DNA of 57,067 nucleotides, taken from NCBI GenBank assembly GCA_043818555.1, contig JBDRFP010000012.1, forward strand, positions 1-57,067, given 5' to 3'. Of the stretch, positions 52,041 through 57,067 are shown in pieces (position 1 is the first letter of the stretch; each line of letters begins with the position of its first letter). A program made the translations under genes and the position numbers. The notes below the pieces were generated by a model, which saw nothing but the letters and a program-made list of their open reading frames with translations, was not told where the DNA came from and made no database searches. The stretch is from a bacterium (lineage in GTDB: Bacteria; Patescibacteriota; Patescibacteriia; UBA9934).

Positions 52041-53102
52041 TCAATCATCTACAGACGCAAACCCTACAAATATGTTATCGGTGTAAAGCGGATGAACCAG
52101 CATGGCCTTCGGAGCCCGGCTTGATGGCAGCTCCTGAGTGGCCCATGACGATCCGCCCGATGTTGAAGTGTAGAAAATCTCACTGGTGCCGTAGTAAATA
52201 GTATTGCCGTCTTTCGGATCGAGCGCCACTCCCCAAACCCGCACTTCGCCCGGCGATGTTACAAGCGGCACAGCTTTCCAGCTCGCGCCCTTATCGGTCG
52301 AAACCAACAGACCATACTTTGTATTCATTGCCACCGTGCCTCCGCTTGCGGTCTGGGTAAAGCCAAACACATCGTCCGAGTTTCTGAATTCCTTCCTAAG
52401 GTCGTCTTCAAACTCAGTCCAATTCTCGCCTCCGTCCGTAGTTCTAAAAAGTCCCTTTGCTTCTGTGCCGACCAAGACAATCCTGCTGTCTGCGTTACTT
52501 ACCATAATTGCCATAACATCGTCTCCGACTCGGCCAACGGTTGTCCAATTAGCGCCCGCGTCAGTACTCTTCAAAACATCGCCTGCCGATGTTCCGGCCC
52601 AGAGAATATTCGTATCAAACCAGTCAACCGCAAAGGATGTCAGCTCCTCGTCGCTTCTAGTTTCAACATAAATTGACGAAAACCCCCGGCTGCACGAATT
52701 GGATTTTAGAATGCGCGAAGGTTTTAAAACATAAATTGTGCAAATGTTTTCCTCATCTACCTCAACGTCCAAAACCGTGCCATCGCTCGCTTCGCTGTCT
52801 TCCGGCCTCTGCCAGGTGGTTCCGCTGTCAAGCGAAAAGAACATCCCGTTTGAAACAGTGCCAATGTAAATCGCGGAATTATCATTCGGGTCCACCTCAA
52901 TCGAGGTCACATTAACGCCTGCGATGGATCCTACTCCGCTCGCTGACGGCAACGCGCTTAATTGAGTCCAGGTTACGCCAGAGTCATCTGTGCGGAACAT
53001 CCCGCCATTTGAGGATGTTGATTCCCCGCCAAAGCCAAGGCATCCCTGGCCCATTAGTATTAATGAAAGTGCTCCGAGTAGGAGCTTGTTTGATGTTCTC
53101 AT
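52041..53102 (-). CDS. Lipoprotein with BNR/Asp-box beta-propeller repeats
   Basis: LILMGQGC lipobox, repeated S/T.D.G..W Asp boxes. Confidence 0.88.
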   Translation of the reverse strand: MRTSNKLLLGALSLILMGQGCLGFGGESTSSNGGMFRTDDSGVTWTQLSALPSASGVGSIAGVNVTSIEVDPNDNSAIYIGTVSNGMFFSLDSGTTWQRPEDSEASDGTVLDVEVDEENICTIYVLKPSRILKSNSCSRGFSSIYVETRSDEELTSFAVDWFDTNILWAGTSAGDVLKSTDAGANWTTVGRVGDDVMAIMVSNADSRIVLVGTEAKGLFRTTDGGENWTEFEDDLRKEFRNSDDVFGFTQTASGGTVAMNTKYGLLVSTDKGASWKAVPLVTSPGEVRVWGVALDPKDGNTIYYGTSEIFYTSTSGGSSWATQELPSSRAPKAMLVHPLYTDNIFVGFASVDD

Positions 53103-53170
53103 ATTTGAAGGCGAAAGTAAGTAGTAAGTAGGAAGTAGGAAGTAGGCGACAAACAATGGCCGCGAAAGCT

Positions 53171-54352
53171 TCAGCACTTTAAGGCAACGCTTTCCATTGC
53201 CAGTTTTGCATTTACATTCTGTTTAATTGCCAACTCTGCTGCGTTGATCGACTTGAGCGTTTCGGCCCAGGCCTGCGATGTTCGCGAGCTGGAAATTTGG
53301 CCTATTCGATCTACTGTACTTGACAAGCTAATCAGATTTTCCGAACCCGCTGATGCAAGCAGACAGTCGTGTACTACTAATCTGAGCCTTTGCAAGTCGA
53401 CAATGACATCAGCAGTCGTTCGGTCTTTGTCTTTTGACAGCTTTTCGATCGTACCAAACTTGTCTGCAAGTGGTGACTCAAGAAAGTTAAGCGTCTCATT
53501 GATTCGACCCCGAGCCTGGTCGCGCGTTTCTTTGTCAATCAAGCTCATTGCAATGCCCGGCCGGCCTGCAGCCAGCCCCGCCAGTTCGTGCGCAAGGTCT
53601 TTTGTTAAGTTTTGCGACGATAGAAAGCTGCAAATTTTTTCACGCTCTACTAAAGTGAATCGAATATGGACCGTGCGCGATGTTATGGTTGATCGTAGCT
53701 CAGAGGCGTCTGATGTGATTAAGATTATCAGCGTGTCGCCACTAGGTTCTTCCAAAGTTTTTAAAAGTGCATTCTGCGCTGCAATCGTCATTGCCTCTGC
53801 GTCTTCGATGATTGCGATCTTTTTGCTTTTACCAAAAGAAAACATTGACAAACGCTCTCTTAAATTTCGAATATCATCAACTGAAATTGATCCTTTTTCT
53901 GACGGCTTCACGATCGTGATGTCCGGGTTCGCTGACAATACCTGATCGCTAACTGCAAAATCACACTTTCCCTTCTCTTCCCCTACCACACCCTTTCCGA
54001 CTTTCCCGATCGCCAACACTCCTGCCTCGTTGGCAAACTCCTCTTTCCCAACTCCGACTTCGTTGGCCAACCCTTCTTTCCCCATCTCCTCCCTTCCCCC
54101 CCCATCTCCTCCCTTTCTGGCCTTCTCGATCACCAGCCCCCCTTCTTCCCCCCTCTCTTCCCCTCTCTGCCCATTTCCTCCCTTTTCGACCTTCAACGCT
54201 CCCCTTACAAATTCCCTGGCCACCGCCCCCTTGCCAACACCCTTTGGTCCGGAAAAACAATAAGCATGCGCAAGCGTCCCTCTTTCAACAACTCGTGCTA
54301 AATATTCAGTTTGCGCCTCGTGGCCAATAATCGACTTGAAATCAAGGGTCAT
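53171..54352 (-). CDS. holB: DNA polymerase III delta' subunit with a low-complexity insertion
   Basis: IIGH, HAYCFSGPKGVGK, ISVDDIR, AQNALLKTLEEP, TITSR. Confidence 0.88.
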   Translation of the reverse strand: MTLDFKSIIGHEAQTEYLARVVERGTLAHAYCFSGPKGVGKGAVAREFVRGALKVEKGGNGQRGEERGEEGGLVIEKARKGGDGGGREEMGKEGLANEVGVGKEEFANEAGVLAIGKVGKGVVGEEKGKCDFAVSDQVLSANPDITIVKPSEKGSISVDDIRNLRERLSMFSFGKSKKIAIIEDAEAMTIAAQNALLKTLEEPSGDTLIILITSDASELRSTITSRTVHIRFTLVEREKICSFLSSQNLTKDLAHELAGLAAGRPGIAMSLIDKETRDQARGRINETLNFLESPLADKFGTIEKLSKDKDRTTADVIVDLQRLRLVVHDCLLASAGSENLISLSSTVDRIGQISSSRTSQAWAETLKSINAAELAIKQNVNAKLAMESVALKC

Positions 54353-54353
54353 A

Positions 54354-54490
54354 CCCGGTAGCACAACTTCGAATGATGCCTTCGAAATACGTGCGGCATC
54401 AAAATTCTAGCGTTAAACACAATAATTAATGATTTGGAAATTTTCTGCTCGGCATAACATACACTTCAATATCGAAGTTGTACTACCGGG
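54354..54490. mobile_element. MITE-like inverted-repeat element at the holB start codon
   Basis: CCCGGTAGCACAACTTCGA...TCGAAGTTGTACTACCGGG flanked on both sides by CATA. Confidence 0.65.
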
Positions 54491-54876
54491 CATAACTATA
54501 CAATTATAGCATAAAAACAAGAGTAGACAGTAGTCAGTAGACAGTAGTCAGTAGATCGCGCAATAAACCCCGTCAAATCAACTATAAATCGTGCATTGCC
54601 CCCTGCACCCCGTTAACCCCCTCGATCCTTTGCCAACCCCTTTTCAACCTTTTCTCCATGTTTGTCGGTCTGTAAGTCTGTAACGAAATTCATTTCATAA
54701 CCTCTCTTAACCTCCTCCCGGCCGAAGGCCGGGTAACCTCCTCGTTTGTTGGAATAACCTCTTCGCCCCTCGAATTCCCTCTTTCCCTGTCCAAAAACAC
54801 TGAACAAAACCTCTTCAAAATCCCACTTTTCCACTAAAACTAGCCAAAAACTACTAAATCGACGATAAGCCCTGAC

Positions 54877-54905
54877 TTGACAAAACCTAGAATTTGTGTT
54901 ATATT
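54877..54905 (+). promoter_or_regulatory. Sigma70 promoter
   Basis: TTGACA-17-TATATT with an extended -10 TG. Confidence 0.7.
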
Positions 54906-55011
54906 TCTCCGTTCGATTAAAGACCGAGTAAGGTCAAAAATCGATAAAAATTCGCTCCGGCACGGTGCCGGCGCGATGGTTCGATTCATTCAACAAAAAA
55001 AGGAGGCAGAA

Positions 55012-56094
55012 ATGCCGAACGGAAATGCTGACCAAAAACTGCGCGCCATCGAGGAAGAAGCCAGCGATTTTCGCGAGTGGGTGCTCTACGGTCGGACCGA
55101 GAAGTCCGACGGTCTGCGCTACATGATGCGCATGGCGGTCGGAGCTCTCCTCGAGGAGAGCTTCATCAAGACTCGCGACTCGCTGGACGTGGCTGCGATC
55201 CTGGTGGGCCATGTGGCCGAGCTGAACCTGCGCAAGGCGCGGTGGCTCGCCGACCTCATGGTCGAAGGCGAGCTGAACCGCAAGGTTCCGCACCCCGGTG
55301 TGGCAGCCCTGGCCGAAGTGGCCGATGGGCTGTCGATGGGCCGCCACAGGGTGCCGGCCATCGACATCGATCGCGACGGCGTGCTCGAGAGCCTGAGCGG
55401 TGCGGCCGAAAGGCTGCTCGCGCTCGCTCGAGAGAACAAGTTCATCGACCACGCCGCAATCGAGGCCAAGTTCAAGAAGGCCGGGTTGCTGAGCGAGGAC
55501 GGCGGCGAGGAGAAGCGCGAGGACGGCGGCGGCAAGGGCGACGACAAGGACGACAAAAAGTCCGAGTTCGTCGCTCGAGCTGAGCACGCTCTGCGGGAAG
55601 TCGCGGGCGGGCTCTCCACCGAGGAGGACGAAGTCGCTTGGCGACTGTTCCCCGAAGGCGAACGCCCGGAGGGGCTGAGACACGCCGCCAAGCGGCTGCT
55701 CAGGCGCGCGCTCATGCGCCCGACCAAGCGCATGACCGCGCTCGGCGCCTACACCCACCTCAACTCCGCCGAGCTCGTCTCGGCCGAGGACGCGGACAAG
55801 ATCCGCGCCAAGGTGCTGGCCAAGGCCAAGGAAGAAGCCGAGCAGGCTGCCGAACCCCAGACGTTCAAGGACGTCCAGGATCAGGCCACCGAAGCTGCCC
55901 CTGAGACCGTTGACGGTGCGTCTGACGCGCCCGAGGTCGAGGAGAAGGCCGGAGCTGAGGCGCTGGAGGAGGTTGAAGAGCCTCCCGAGGCCGAACAGGC
56001 CCGGGTAGAGGCTGAAAAGCCCGCAGCCAGCGATGACGATTCCGCTGTGGTAGTCGACCTGAGCGCGCTCAAGGCGCGCTTCAGCGGCAAGTAG
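55012..56094 (+). CDS. Orphan helical protein with an acidic low-complexity tail
   Basis: AAGGAGG SD, very strong GC3 bias, no recognised motif. Confidence 0.8.
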   Translation: MPNGNADQKLRAIEEEASDFREWVLYGRTEKSDGLRYMMRMAVGALLEESFIKTRDSLDVAAILVGHVAELNLRKARWLADLMVEGELNRKVPHPGVAALAEVADGLSMGRHRVPAIDIDRDGVLESLSGAAERLLALARENKFIDHAAIEAKFKKAGLLSEDGGEEKREDGGGKGDDKDDKKSEFVARAEHALREVAGGLSTEEDEVAWRLFPEGERPEGLRHAAKRLLRRALMRPTKRMTALGAYTHLNSAELVSAEDADKIRAKVLAKAKEEAEQAAEPQTFKDVQDQATEAAPETVDGASDAPEVEEKAGAEALEEVEEPPEAEQARVEAEKPAASDDDSAVVVDLSALKARFSGK

Positions 56095-56103
56095 ACGCAC
56101 GTT

Positions 56104-56666
56104 CTACGTGCAGGATCCAGATAGCAATATCTGTGGTCCTGCACGTAGGTCATTTACAGGTCATGAATGCTTGTCCTGATCTGTAATGTGACTTCATTAA
56201 AACTTGTAGTTAATTCGTTCTATATTTGCCCAGATGCTAGGCGCAACGAGCACCGAAGTAAGCCGTACTAATTCGTACGGCGAACGAGGAGCGCAGTCGC
56301 AACAACGCAGATGGGTGAATATTGGACGAATTAACTCACAGCAACCTGGAGGGGAGAGACTATATAGTTCGCACGGATTGGAGGAGAATCCAGCGACTAT
56401 CGGTATTCAAGTGCATGGACTTGGCATAGCTAACTCCATCAACAGATCGTTCAAAATGTGCTTAGATGCTAGGCGCGGGGAAAACGGCGAGTAGGCGTAC
56501 TTAAACGTACGGTGACGAACCGCAGGGGCCCTGCAACAACGCAGATGAGTGCATTTTGGACGGTCTGCCTGCACACACCCGAATGCCATTAGCGCATATC
56601 ATCTTCGGACGATCACTGCGCTTCGCCCTGAGTTTACTCAAGGCAACTCTTCTCCAGTTTGCTGTG
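56104..56666 (+). ncRNA. Putative large structured ncRNA with a duplicated domain
   Basis: Near-continuous nested helices, GCAA and cUUCGg tetraloops, two covarying copies of a ~127-nt domain. Confidence 0.65.
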
Positions 56667-56711
56667 AAAACAGTTACTTTCAACCTAAGCAAAATACAAG
56701 GAGGACTCAAA

Positions 56712-56891
56712 ATGAGTTCGGAAGACAGTGGATGGGCAGTGTTCGGCAAAATCGTGCTCGTCGCCGGCGTACTGGCCGGCGCAATCTGGGGCGTCAGCTC
56801 CGGAGTGTCATCAGTACACCAACGCGGCTACAACCGAGGCGTCTACGCCGCCAAGGGCGAGATCACCACGATCACGCCCAGGGCCGAGTAG
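56712..56891 (+). CDS. Small single-TM protein
   Basis: AAGGAGG SD; MSSEDSGWAVFGKIVLVAGVLAGAIWG...RGYNRGV. Confidence 0.65.
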   Translation: MSSEDSGWAVFGKIVLVAGVLAGAIWGVSSGVSSVHQRGYNRGVYAAKGEITTITPRAE

Positions 56892-57067
56892 AGCGCATCA
56901 TCGTCGCGCCATGGAGAGTCACTCGACTGTACTAGAAGGGTACTTCGGTAACACTTTGTGATATTTGAAATGAAAATTAATTGGTGGAGCGTAATCCAGG
57001 CTCTGGTGAGGTCTTTTGAAGTTGTATTCTACTAGCCACTCGGTGAGTCTTTTGTTGAAGAGAGAGC

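Noticed and set aside
54934-56100. 388-aa antisense ORF
   Set aside because: Shadow of the GC3-rich plus-strand gene, which has the promoter and SD
56260-56283. Group II intron domain V (AGCCGTA...GTACGG)
   Set aside because: The hairpin is too short, with no bulge, no domain VI, no GTGCG 5' end and no RT

Overview
Bacterial chromosomal segment, genetic code 11. It is probably from a Patescibacteria/CPR organism (Parcubacteria/ABY1-like). That assignment is an inference from the homodimeric glycyl-tRNA ligase, the LMGQGC-type lipobox, SD-less housekeeping starts and giant surface proteins. Housekeeping genes include a UvrD/PcrA helicase, rpmB, HU, rlmN, typA, rpmG, tpiA, an M16 peptidase, glyQS, frr and holB. 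There are also four tRNAs, two toxin-antitoxin pairs, a three-kinase signalling cluster with a hemerythrin, and two very large surface proteins. About a dozen orphan genes each carry their own promoter, SD and terminator. The most unusual content is non-coding: (1) a tandem array of four promoter-structured RNA-terminator cassettes at ~4.9-6.4 kb, with compensatory base changes between copies; (2) a ~560-nt highly structured RNA with an internally duplicated, covarying domain at ~56.1-56.7 kb; (3) a 6S-like RNA upstream of rlmN; (4) a ~140-bp inverted-repeat element inserted exactly at two start codons; and (5) fragmentary tRNA copies interrupted by hairpin elements around a GIY-YIG nuclease. 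All structures were read by eye; no folding or database search was run.
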